Shown here in pieces: positions 38,239 to 50,790 of a stretch of DNA of 64,000 nucleotides (positions are counted from its first letter, which is position 1; each line of letters begins with the position of its first letter). The position numbers and the translations under genes are program-made. The notes under the pieces were generated by a model that had not been told where the DNA came from, searched no databases, and saw only the letters and a program-made list of their open reading frames with translations. This DNA comes from Eledone cirrhosa (Eukaryota): positions 27,032,001 through 27,096,000 of the forward strand of contig OZ024757.1 of the NCBI GenBank assembly GCA_964016885.1, given 5' to 3'.

Positions 38239-38510
38239 GCAACAATAGTGGTACTCATTACTATAAGGGTCCCATGGAAGAATCAAAGAGTGATAATCAA
38301 TATGGTATTATGTATTATGTATATGAAATAGATTTTAAATGTTAGCTATGTGTTCCATACATACAACCGATGTACTGACTCACCTGGTTGAATGTACTTT
38401 TGTTTATTATTTAGTTAGAAGGGAGGGCAGAGCCCATGAATCTTTTCAGTCTCTCTGAGTCTAATGGTAGGAAAGTATCCTCAAACTAAAGGATCATATA
38501 CATACATACA

Positions 38511-38561
<51 letters not shown>

Positions 38562-39100
38562 CAATTTAATAAATATATGTATACATTTTTGGGGACACCC
38601 TGTATGCATGTATATGTATATATCTATGTATATGTGTATATATATTGATATATATGAACCTATGTCTATGTGTGCATGCATATATATATATACAACACGG
38701 TAAAAACCTCCCAGTCCCACACTGTAAATGTGGTTGGTGTTAGGAAGGGCATCCAGCTGTAGAAAACCTGCCAGACAGTCCACGCTGTAATGTGGCCGTG
38801 TAGGCAACACGGTAAAAACCTCCCAGCCCCACACTGTAAATGTGGTTGGTGTTAGGAAGGGCATCCAGCTGTAGAAAACCCGCCAGACAGTCCTATGCGA
38901 GCAAGACAACCACTCTTGCCTCAAGTGGGAAAACTCCCGTCCAAACCCATGCAAGCGTGGAACATGGACGTTAAACGATGATGATGATGATGATGATATA
39001 TATATATATGTATGTAAAAGGTAAACAGAAATAACAACACAATCGGTACAGTATATGGAAGGGATATATTAGGTTAACGCTTGATATAGCAGGAAGAGGG

Positions 39101-39136
39101 TCTTAACGTTTCTGACGCAAGTCCTTCATCAGAAGA
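39101..39136 (-). ncRNA. Very short minimal hammerhead, sense to PTRH1 pre-mRNA
   Basis: TCTT-CTGATGA-agGACttgcGTCa-GAAA-CG-TT-AAGA. A 5'-truncated sister copy on + at 34259-34362 reads GTCC-GAAA-CG-TT-AAGA. Confidence 0.65.
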
Positions 39137-39919
39137 AAGAATGAGAAATAAGATAGATTGAGGGGACGGGCGGGTTGGAATTTGAAAAAATGTCTTTAGA
39201 TAAAAATAACAGGTCCATTCATGTTGACATCTCTTGTGTGTGTATATATATATCGTGATCTGACTTCTGTTTTTTTATTGTTCTATGGACACACACATAT
39301 ACAAATATATTAATACATTCATGGAGATATATACATAAACAAACACACACACGCATATATATCAATACATATACACATATACATACTTACACATTCATTT
39401 ACCTATGCATGCACACATAGACATAGGTTCATATATATCAATATATATACATAGATATATACATATACATGCATACAGGGTGTCCCCAAAAATGTATACA
39501 TATATTAATTAGATTGCTGTTGAAGTGTGTATACATTTTTTGGGACTCCCTGTATAGATTTATATAGACACAAACACATACACACACATGTAAGAAAAGA
39601 AATGAATTGCACTGAATTTTTTGTTTTATGAGTGTATGGGATAAAGCTAAATACACAGATGCTTCTTTTAATTTCTTTGACTCTCACAAAAAAATATAAA
39701 AAGCATGTTTGTTTTGATATTTCACTCTTCTCTCTGTCTACATGACCGTGTAGCAGTAAAGTACATTTTCAGCTTAGCCTTGTTTTGCATAGCGCTCTCG
39801 CCACCCCCTCCACCCCACTCTCTCTCTCCATTAGAATCTGACAATGGATGCTGTCTAAATATAGCAATGACCTGTTTTGTTTACATCTCAGCTTCATCTC
39901 TTCCGTCATGGATGAGATG

Positions 39920-40503
39920 ACAGAGAAACTGTGTACAAGATGAATAAAGTGTAGTGTGTAGGAGAGAAGACTATGTTGGTATGGCCATGTGATTTACATG
40001 GATGATAACTGCTGGATGAGGAAGAGCCGGGTGATCCCAGTGGAAGGAAGATGCAGTAGAGGAAGACCACGGAAAACATGGGCGGAGGTAGTGAGAGCTG
40101 AAGCTCATAGAGGAGATGACAAAGGACCATGATAAATGGAGAGATACTGCGATGAAAAGGACCAATCCTAGTGGAAGGATGACACAGTAGAGGAAAGCCA
40201 TGGAAAACATGGGCAGAGGTAGTGAGAACTGACCTCAAACCACTGATGCTCACAGAAGGGATGACGAAAGACTGTGACGAATGGAGAGATGCTGTGCTAA
40301 AAAGGACCAATCCCAGTGGAAGGGTGACACAGTAGAGGAAGACCATGGAAAACAGGGGCAGAGGTGGTGAGAGCTGACCTCAGCTCACTGAATCTCACAG
40401 AGGAGATGATGAAGGACCGTGACAAATGGAGAGATGTTGTGTTGAAGAGGACCCATCCTACCCTTGCAAGCAGTGAAAAGCAGGCATAAAATGATGATGA
40501 TGA
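39920..40503 (+). mobile_element. Decayed RTE 3' end with ~130-bp tandem triplication
   Basis: Three copies of the R.RPRKTWAEVVRADL-coding segment, then the (GAT)n tail. Confidence 0.75.
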
Positions 40504-40520
40504 TATAAATATATATATTC

Positions 40521-40577
40521 CTAGGTACTCAGAGTTTCCCAAAACAAGCTGATATTGCAGCTTCATTCATCAGCCAC
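40521..40577 (-). ncRNA. Hammerhead-like motif with weak stem I
   Basis: GG-CTGATGA-[AAGCTG/CAGCTT]-GAAA-CTCtGAG-TA-CC. Confidence 0.45.
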
Positions 40578-40672
40578 AGTGGGAAGTTATGTGTTTTACA
40601 TAATATAAAATATTTATCTGTTTCTAAATATTGATGGTTCCTTCATCAGTGATTACAATCCCACACTCAGTC

Positions 40673-40729
<57 letters not shown>

Positions 40730-41125
40730 CACAAATATAATTTCAGCGAGATTGAATTTTGGCAGTGGTCAAAAACAAAGCGAAACGAAATTTTCGAGAT
40801 ATGAGGCAAGCGCTCAATGGACTAAAAGAAGACCAGAGCAATAAACATAGGTTATAGAGGCCAAACAAACTGAAAACGGTGGTCATGAAGCTATCAGCCA
40901 CCGAAGCTAAAAAACGAAGCAAGCTAAACAGGTTAAACAAGGAAAATGTTTGACCCCGACGACAGAGCTCAAGCCATTTCGACGGCTATTTCTGGACGCT
41001 CTACTACCCTAAGTATTGAGTACTCTGGTGTGTTATGGTCCATCTGGTTCCTTACCACACCTCCTTTGTTACCACACCTCCTTCGTTATATAAATATATA
41101 TATATATATATATTTATTTACACCT

Positions 41126-41159
41126 ACACCTGAAGATGTCACTGAAATGTGTATAGTGT
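41126..41159 (+). ncRNA. Hammerhead-like motif between (TA)n tracts
   Basis: ACAC-CTGAAGA-tgtcact-GAAA-TGTGTA-TA-GTGT followed by AATAAA; stem II is poor. Confidence 0.5.
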
Positions 41160-42002
41160 TTGCAGAAATAAAAAATTAAGGAAATTCAACATTTCCTGTC
41201 ATTTCACTTTATAATATATATATATATATATATATAATTATAGTAAGGGGTTAACTGAACAAGGATATGTGGACCACATAATGGTCTGTCGGTTGTGAAG
41301 TAGATAAAAGTAAGTGCTCAACGACCTGTATACAAGTGTAAGCTGGAGCATTATATATATCAATAAAAAATTTGAGGCCATATTCATTTGGTTTAGGTTT
41401 ATTAAAAACTGTTATATATATTAGATACAGTTCTATACAAGCGAGACTCGGTTGCAGAACCAATCTTGCCTCAAGTGCGACAATCCCATCTAACCCATGC
41501 TAGCGTGGAAGATGGACGTTAAATGATGATGATGAGGGTGATGATTATGTATGGTGAAATGCATGTTGCTGTTCTAAATTTAAATGGCCTCTCCATCATT
41601 GAGGCCTACTTAAAGCAAGTTCTCTACCAAGCTGTTCTCTCACAGAACCATTGTCCATTTTAATCCTTTCGTTACCATATTCTTAATGGCAGGCACTGCC
41701 TCAAATTTTCAAATAAATTTGAAAGTTATCAAGAATTTGGAGGGATTTAATAATATAACAAAGTTTTTTGTTATTAACCTAGTGTTCGTAACATAACTTA
41801 GCAAAAGTTCTGTACACAAAATTGAGATGGAAAGTTTTTGTATATACAAGGTGTGCAAAATCCTTTGGGTGGGAGGCAACACAACCCTTCTTGTACATGC
41901 ATGAACATTTTTGTGCTACTAGGCCACCTCAGTTCCTGGCTGTTATGCCTAGAGTACAGACGTGTAATGTGCACTTGGATTTATATATAGATATATATAT
42001 AT

Positions 42003-42115
42003 AGGAAAAAGTATGACCCCGACGGCAGAGCTCAAGCCGTTTCGACGGCTATTTCCGTCCAGAAATAGCCGTTGAAACGGCTTGAGCTCTGCCGTCAGGG
42101 TCATACTTTTTCCTA
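42003..42115. repeat. GC-rich ~50-bp-arm palindrome heading an unclassified repeat family
   Basis: AGGAAAAAGTATGACCCCGACGGCAGAGCTCAAGCCGTTTCGACGGCTATTTC and its reverse complement; single-arm copy at 40945-41085. Confidence 0.85.
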
Positions 42116-42387
42116 TTTCCCACTCTACTACCCTAAGTATTGAGTACTCTGGTGCGTTATGGCCCATCTGGTTCCTTATCACAATTCCTTTGTTATATAT
42201 ATATATATATATATATACATATATATGTGTGTGTGTGTGTGAGTCCTGGGTTCAATTGGGGGTAATCATAGTTAGTAAGGTACTCAATACATTAGTAGAG
42301 TATAAACATCAAGTTTAAATCAAAAATCATCAGGAAAGGGCTTTCCTGATAATTTCTTTTGAATGAAAGACATTTCTATATGAAATT

Positions 42388-42431
<44 letters not shown>

Positions 42432-43103
42432 CTTTTGAATTACAGATACTTGCTGGGCTTTGAAGCTGTTTCAATCTACACAATTTCACTCACGAGGCAT
42501 AGGTCTACCTGACACTATGGTAAAAGACACTTGCCCAAGATGACATGCAGTGTAATAGAACCCAGAACCTCAGGACTGTGAAGTGAATATCTTAACCAGT
42601 TGGCCATGCTGTAAGAGTTATGTTCCAGGTAGGCTGCTTGTACGTTAAAGGAATCTTATTTGAAACCATGTTAACATGTACTTCATATCATATCATATTA
42701 ACATAGAACATCTGTTTCTATTTGCTATCTGATTATTGCATATAAAGATCATCTCTGGTCTACATAACATACACACACACTTATATGTTTACAGATACAT
42801 ACATATATATATATATTACGCACTTATAGACACATACACACACACATATGTATATATATATATTACATACAGAAAGATACTCATATATATTATACATACA
42901 AACTCATACGCACTAAATCTGATTATATAAACATGTGTGTGTATGTATATAAATATATATACACCATTATATGAGGGGATAGGTCAAAGCATGTTATCTC
43001 CTTATCTCTTTCAATTGCTGGGGCAAATGTACTTCCCAGCTGGACTACAATACTGAAATGAACAAACACACCACTTGTTAGACTATCACACTAAAGTAAA
43101 AGT

Positions 43104-43889
43104 TTAACTCTTTAGCATTTAAATCGACCGTACCTGGCCAGAATTCTCTCACCTCTTTCTGCTCAAACTGGCCGTACCTGGCTAGAATTCTCTCACCTCT
43201 TTCTGCTCAAACCGGCCGTAACTGGCCAGAATTCTCTCACCTCTTTCTGCTCAAACTGGCCGTAACTGGCCAGAATTCTCTCACCTCTTTCTGCTCAAAC
43301 CGGCCGTAACTGGCCAGAATTCTCTCACCTCTTTCTGCTCAAACTGGCCGTAACTGGCCAGAATTCTCTCACCTCTTTCTGCTCAAACTGGCCGTAACTG
43401 GCCAGAATTCTCTCACCTCTTTCTGCTCAAACTGGCCGTAACTGGCCAAAATTCTGTCACCTCTTTCTGCTCAAACTGGCCGTAACTGGTTAGAATTCTC
43501 TCACCTCTCCCTGCTCAAACTGGCCGTAACTGGTTAGAATTCTCTCACCTCTCCCTGCTCAAACTGGCCGTAACTGGCCAGAATTCTCTCACCTCTTTCT
43601 GCTCAAACTGGCCGTAACTGACCAAAATTCTCTCACCTCTTTCTGCTCAAACTGGCCGTAACTGGTTAGAATTCTCTCACCTCTCCCTGCTCAAACTGGC
43701 CGTAACTGGTTAGAATTCTCTCACCTCTCCCTGCTCAAACCAGCTGTAAACAGCCACTCATACTGATGTTAAGGTATTGTTTGCAAAATAAATAATATCT
43801 AAATCTCATAGATTTGCTATTATGTAAGGTAAAGCCTTTACTGTGAAAATACAATAGTATATAAAGTAATGTAAATGCTAAAGGGTTAA
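43104..43889. mobile_element. Complete piggyBac-like MITE with internal 44-bp array (~14 copies, 43125-43745)
   Basis: TTAA at both ends; TIR C(C/T)CTTTAGCATTTA; unit CTGGCCAGAATTCTCTCACCTCTTTCTGCTCAAACTGGCCGTAA. Confidence 0.9.
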
Positions 43890-44620
43890 GCAATTAGACC
43901 TCTGTACTATTAGTGGATCAACTAGATCAGGGTTTCCCACCCTGGGCAATATCGCCCACCAGTGAGTGGCGAGCAGCAGAACAGAAAATGGTAGGCAATA
44001 GTATATATATATATTTAGTGTATATAGAGTAATGTAAATACTAAAGCTTTGTCATATTTTATTGTCAAATATTGCCAGCATGAACCTCCCACGATTTCAC
44101 ATAAAAATCTTGCAAAGTAAATACATAACCGAAGATTGTAAAAGAACCAAACTAAAACAATCAAACAAATAATTAATTTGTGTCATTAATTAAATAATTA
44201 AAACAAACTGTTAAAACAAAGATAGCTTTGATTATTATGTTCACACACTACAAAGAAAGAAACCACAATGGTGTTATTTAATCATTAATTAATAATTATT
44301 GGGACCAGTTAATTAACTTACAATGGCTGTAGCTAATTCACTTCAAATTGTAGCATTACAGTAATGAAAAACGCAGGCATGAACGTCACATAATCCTGTT
44401 TTCACTGCTAGCAAGGGTCAGGCTGGTTGCCACTGACCAAGTCAGTATAAAATTGGTGCTGTTGATCTCTTGACTGGGCCTTATAAAAATAATATCTATG
44501 CTCTGGTTATATATATTGAGTGCTCAGTCAGTTAATATTTGGCTGTACATATGTATGGTTATACATAAAACACACTATATATATGAATCATCATTTTACG
44601 CCTATTTTTCCATCTCTCTC

Positions 44621-44671
<51 letters not shown>

Positions 44672-44821
44672 GTAGAACACTGGAGGGTTATATCCATAGT
44701 AGTAGAGCACTCGGTCCATGGGACTCGGTATGGTGAACTAACTGTTGTGGAACTACTTCTCTCTATATATATATCATCAGGAAAGTCAACTGTCATTGTA
44801 ATACAGTTATATTTAAGATAT

Positions 44822-44871
<50 letters not shown>

Positions 44872-45234
44872 GTGCCACACCATCCAGGCCGAAACAAATG
44901 AGATCATGTAGGTGTCACGACAAAAAAAAACACACAGTCCACGCTGTAATGTGGCCGTGTAGGCAACACAGTAAAAACCTCCCAGCCCCACACTGTAAAT
45001 GTGGTTGGTATTAGGAAGGGCATCCAACTGTAGAAAACCCGCCAAACAGTCCTATGCGAGCAAGACAATCACTCTTGCCTCAAGTGGGAATACCCCCGTC
45101 CAAACGCATGCAAGCGTGGAACACGGATGTTAAACGATGATGATGATGATGATGATGATATATATATATATATATAGTTATGTAATAAACAACATAAGAT
45201 AATTATTTCATTTACCAGTGGTTTATATATATAT

Positions 45235-45958
45235 AAACGAAGCTTGCATGCTCCGCTGGATGTGTAATAGTAATATACGTGAATGGCAAAGCATAAACAA
45301 ACTATGGGAAAAATTAAAAATAAGAGGGATCAGATGTTGTTTACTCGAGAGAAGACTACGTTGGTACGGTCACGTGATGCGCATGAAAGACGACAGCTGT
45401 ATAAAAAAGTGCAGGGCGATAAAAATAGACGGTAGCCACGGAGTAGGCAGACCCAGAAAAACCTGGGACGACTTGATAAATTCCGACCTCACACACTTAC
45501 ACCTCTCCAAGACAATGTCACTGGACCGAGATCTTTGGCGCTACACAGTAATACAGAAGACCCGTCTTGCCTAAGTACAAAGCGAAACCTACAGTCAGTA
45601 GGCACCTCTAACAAAATACACCCCGTCCCACTACCCCCACCCCATCCACACCACCCCCTTAAATGTGAAGTTATGTTGGTACCACAACAGCCAGTCCGAA
45701 ACAAATGAGGTCGTGTAGGTGTCACGACAAAAAAAACACACAGTCTACGCTGTAATGTGGCCGTGTAGGTAACACGGTAAAAACCTCCCAGTCCACACTG
45801 TAAATGTGGTTGGTGTTAGGAAGGGCATCCAGCCGTAGAAAACCCGCCAGACAGTCCTATACGAGCAGGACAACCAATCTTGCCTCAAGTGGGAAAACTC
45901 CCGTCCAAACCCATGCAAGCGTGGAAGATGGACGTTAAACGATGATGATGATGATGAT
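45235..45958 (+). mobile_element. 5'-truncated RTE LINE
   Basis: NEACMLRWM...RRLRWYGHVMRM...GRPRKTW...DRDLWR, 3' UTR and (GAT)n. Confidence 0.92.
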
Positions 45959-46125
45959 ATAGTAATAATAAATGTGAAGACTAAAATCCGATGTAATTAT
46001 CTTTGCATTTTTTCGTCCATCGCCAGAGAGTATCTTCACAAACCAATGTATCATCTTCCTGTTTTCTTTTGATTATAATGTTTCTTGAAATATTTACGTC
46101 TGCGTCCACAGATTGATTTTTTTTC

Positions 46126-46176
46126 GGTTTCAGAAGATCCCGTTAAGGGTGAAAGCAGCGATTCTTTGCTTAAACT
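46126..46176 (+). ncRNA. Hammerhead fold with a core mutation (CAGAAGA)
   Basis: GTTT-CAGAAGA-tCCCgttaaGGGt-GAAA-GCA..TGC-TT-AAAC; all three stems pair. Confidence 0.55.
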
Positions 46177-46202
46177 TTAATCTGTTCGTATAATAAATAT
46201 AT

Positions 46203-46890
46203 CATCATCATCATCATCATCAGCGTTTAACGTCCGTGTTCCACGCTTGCATGGGTTTGGACGGGGGTAGTCCCACTTGAGGCAAGAGTGATTGTCTTGC
46301 TCGCATAGGACTGTCTGGCAGGTTTTCTACAGTTGGATGCCCTTCCTAACACCAACCACATTTACAGTGTGGGTCTGGGAGGTTTTTACCGTGTTGCCTA
46401 CACGGCCACATTACAGCGTGGACTGTGTGTTTTTTTGTCGTGACACCTACACGATCTCATTTGTTTCGGCCTCGATGGCGCGGCACCAACATAACTTTAC
46501 ATAGAACGGGGTGGTGTGGATCGGGTGGGGGTGGTGGGACGGGGTGTATTTGTTAGAGATGCCTACTGGCTGGAGTAGGTTTTACTATATATTTAGGTAA
46601 GGCGGGTCTTCTCTGTTACTGAGTACCGCCAAAGGTCTCGGTCCAGTGACATTGTCTTGGAGAGGTGTAAGTGTGTGATGTCGGAGTTTATCAGCTCGTC
46701 CCAGGTTTTTCTAGGTCTGCCTATTCCGTGACTACCGTCTATCTTTATTGCCCTGCACTTTGTTATACAGCTATCGACTTTCATGCGCATCACGTGTCCA
46801 TACCAACGTAGCCTTCTCTCGAGTAAACAACATCTGATCCCTCTTATCTCTAATTTATTCCTTAGTTCGTTTATGCTTTGCCGTTCACGT
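46203..46890 (-). mobile_element. 5'-truncated RTE LINE, inverted relative to 45235-45958
   Basis: ORF 46593-46793 closely matches ORF 45218-45574. Confidence 0.92.
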
Positions 46891-46956
46891 ATATATATAT
46901 ATATATAAAGACACCTTTAATTCATTGGATCTCTATAAATATCATTGTCCATATAT

Positions 46957-47244
46957 GGAGGCACATGGCTTAGTGGTTAGAGCATTGGCCTTGCAATCGA
47001 AAGGTTGTGAGTTCAATTCTCAGACCGAGTGATGTGTTGTTTCCTTGAGCAAGACACTTTATTTCACATTGCTCCAGTTTACTCAGCTGGTCGTGGAGGT
47101 TCCATGGCAAAAAAGTACCCAGCACTCACTGTAAATGAGGTTGGTGTTAGGAAGGGCATCCAGCTGTAGAAATGAGGTCAGAATCAGTTCCCATCCCACC
47201 CTTGCAAGCAGGGAATAAGCGGAGGTAAAAATGATGATAATGAT
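46957..47244 (+). mobile_element. SINE family A with internal deletion
   Basis: Head and tail match 19499-19850. Confidence 0.88.
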
Positions 47245-47731
47245 ACACACACACACACACACACACACACATGAGAGTGTATATATACACGCATACATAT
47301 ATATCCTTTATAAATATCATTGTCCATAAATGGTTAGAGTGTATGTGTGAGGGGAGGTCTCTCTAGAATCAGAGAAGTGTTAAGGAGAGAGATAGGATTC
47401 TTAACCCCTGCCACAGGAATGGAAGTCTCAAAAGTATAGGGGGGGGGTATGATATTGAAGGGGCCTACGTGATGCCATGTCATGCATATCTTTCTCAAGA
47501 AAGATTGTGAGTGTATATATATATACGTGTGTGTATGTAAAAGCATATATGCATATGTGTATAAGCATGAATGTGTGTGTGGGGGGTGAGGCTAGACTTT
47601 TAACTCCTCCATGGAACTGGAAGTCTGAAATGTAAGGGATACTGTGATATGGAAGTGGCCTTTGTGGTTTTATGGCATGTCTGTCTTTCTCAAGGAGGGT
47701 TCTGAGTGTGAGTGTGAGAGAGAGAAAGAGT

Positions 47732-47768
<37 letters not shown>

Positions 47769-48419
47769 CATGTATGTGTCAGAGAGAGAATGTATGTGTG
47801 GGAGAGAGAGACAGAGAGAATGTGTGTGTATGAGAGAGTGTCTGAGAGAGAGAGAACATGTATGTGTGTGAGAGAGAGAGCATGTGTGTGTGTGTGTATG
47901 TGTATAAGAGAGCATGTATGTGAGCGTGTGAGAGACTATATGTTTGTGTGAGAGAGAGAGAGTCTATGAGTCTATGTTGGTATGTGTGAGAGTGAGAAAG
48001 AACATGAGAGAGAGGGAGAGAGCATGTATGTGTGTGAGAGAGCATGTATGTGGCAGAGAGAGCATGTATGTGTGAGAGAGCATGTATGTGTGTGTGAGAG
48101 AGCACGTATGTATGTGAGAGAGCATGTATGTGTGTGAGAGAGCATGTATGTGGTAGAGAGAGCAAGTATATGTGTGTTGTGAGACAGAGAGAGAGAGAGA
48201 GAGTGTATGTATATGTATGTTAGAGAGTCTTGAGTAAATGTGTGTGTGTGTGATATTTACACATCAGTAAAAATATTTTCAGACTGAAAAACTTCACATA
48301 GGTGTGGAGGGGAGAGGTGGACAAGGAAACAAAAAGGAGAAAAAAGAAAAACAAGAGTAAAACAATGAAAAAAATAGTTGAATGTGTTTAGAAAGGATTC
48401 TTGCTACAGTCAGCACCCT

Positions 48420-48705
48420 TCTACCCTTCCTTGCTAGCCCTCCACCCTTCCTTGCTAGCCCTTCACCCTTCCTTGCTAGCCCTTCACCTTTCCTTGCTAG
48501 CCCTTCACCCTTCCTTGCTAGCCCTCCACTCTCCCTTGCTAACCCTTCCTTCCTTGTTAGCCCTTCCACCCTTCCTTGCTAGCCCCTCCACCCTTCCTTG
48601 TTAGCCCTTCCACCCTTCCTTGCTAGCCCCTCCACCCTTCCTTGCTAGCCCCTCCACCCTTCCTTGCTAGCCCTCCACTCTCCCTTGCTAGCCCTTCACC
48701 CTTCC
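48420..48705. repeat. 21-22-bp pyrimidine-rich minisatellite (~13 copies)
   Basis: Unit CCCTTCCTTGCTAGCCCT(T/C)CA. Confidence 0.92.
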
Positions 48706-49316
48706 TCACATTCCCTTTACTCTTTTCCACCAATTATAGAATATTATCTGACCAACATCAGTGGTCAAATATCCACTGACCGAAATAGCTGTGGTCAAAC
48801 CCCTCAATTTACAGTTTCAGTTGGAGCTGTGTGTGGTATGAGGGAGTCCATAGCATGTATTAATTGGCTGGTGTCTGGTCTAATGTGGACACAACTGGGA
48901 GAGACACATACTAGGTCAGTGACCAACCAACGAAACCTTACATCATATCTACCTTAAATCACTGTATTCCTGCCACCTCCTTCAGACACGTATATGTATA
49001 TCTAGCTATCTATAAATATGTATATTTTATATATATATATGTATATATATCTCTCTCTCCCTCCCTCTCTCTCTCTCTATATATATATATAGACACACAT
49101 ACTTATGTAATTTAATGGATAATTAATATCTACACACTACTTTCTTTAAAGTAAGGCATACAATTGTAAGTAATTGTCTTAGTAGACTTTAATTAATAAC
49201 ATGTTATATATATATATATAAACACACACACATATATATGCATATGCACATACACACTCATATATATATGCATATGTATATGCACATACACACTCATATA
49301 TATGTATACATATGAT

Positions 49317-49662
49317 GGAGGCACATGGCTTAGTGGTTAGAGCATTGGCCTTGCAATCGAAAGGTTGTGAGTTCAATTCTCAGACCGGGTGATGTGTTGT
49401 TTCCTTGAGCAAGACACTTTATTTCACATTGCTCCAGTTTACTCAACTGTAGAAATGAGATGATAAGGACTGGGGTCCCTATCATTCCACTGCAAAGTGG
49501 TCGTGGAGGTGCCACGGCAAAAAAGCACCCAGCACTCACTGTAAATGAGGTTGGTGTTAGGAAGGGCATCCAGCTGTAGAAATCAAGCCAAAATCAGTTC
49601 CCGTCCCACCCTTGCAAGCAGGGAAAAAGCGGACGTAAAATGAAATGATGATGAAATGATGA
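49317..49662 (+). mobile_element. SINE family A, full length
   Basis: Near-identical to 19499-19850. Confidence 0.92.
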
Positions 49663-49924
49663 TATGCACATACACACTCATATATATGTATACATATATA
49701 CATATGCACATACACACATGTATACATATATATATGCACATACACACTCAGATATATGTAACACATGTATACATATGTGCGTATGTGTACATTAGACACA
49801 AAGTTGCATTCTATCAAGAAATAAAATGTTCTCATGTACCCCATACAACAACAAATATAACTAAACACTCACCCTGACACAAACTACAGAAAGATTATTT
49901 ATTCTATTGAATTACTATAATTAT

Positions 49925-50790
49925 TTGGCAGTATCGGTAGAGCATCGGACACCTTGCTTCGCAGCACAGAGTTATGGCCCTTTGCGTTTGGTAGATTGGC
50001 AGTATTGGTAGAGCATCGGACACCCTGCTTCGCAGCATAGAGTTACAGACTATTACATTCTGAGTTCGAATCTTGCCGAGGTTAGCTTTGCCTTTCATCC
50101 TTACAGGGTTGATAAAATAAAGTACCAGTCATGCACTGGGGTCGATTTTAATCGACTTTCCCCTCCCCTAAAATTGCTGGCCTTGTGCCTATATAAGAAA
50201 CCATTATTATGACCCGTTGTGTTCTGAGTTCAAATCCTGCCGAAGTTAGCTTTGCCTGTCATCCTTACAGGATTGACAAAATAAAGTACCAGTCACGCAC
50301 TGGGGTCGATTTTCATCGACTTTCCCCTCCTCCAAAGTTGCTGGCCTTGTGCCTATATAAGAAACCATTATTATTATGGCGGAATTGGCAGTATCGGTAG
50401 AGGGTCGGACGCCATGCTTTGACGCATAGAGTTACGGCCCTTGCCATTCTGAGTTCAAATCCCGTCGAGATTAACTTTGCCTTTCATCCTAATGGGCGTC
50501 GATAAAATAAAGTACCAGTAATACACTGGGATAATTGCTGGCCTTGTGCCTATTGTAGAAACAATTATTATGGCGGTAGATTACAGTATCAGTAGATCAT
50601 TGAACAAAATGGTTTGCAGTATTTATTTACGACTTTCTACATTCTTAGTTCATATTCTGTCTAAGTTAACTTTGCCTTTTATCCCTCCAGGGTTGATAAA
50701 ATTATGAACCAGTTACATACTGAGGTCGATATAATTGACTTTCCCCTGTCCCCCAAATTGCTGGCCTTGTGCCAATGTTAGAAAGAATTA
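49925..50790 (+). mobile_element. Head-to-tail cluster of four SINE B copies
   Basis: Repeated centre and tail, each ending ...AAAC(C/A)ATTATTAT followed by the next copy. Confidence 0.88.
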
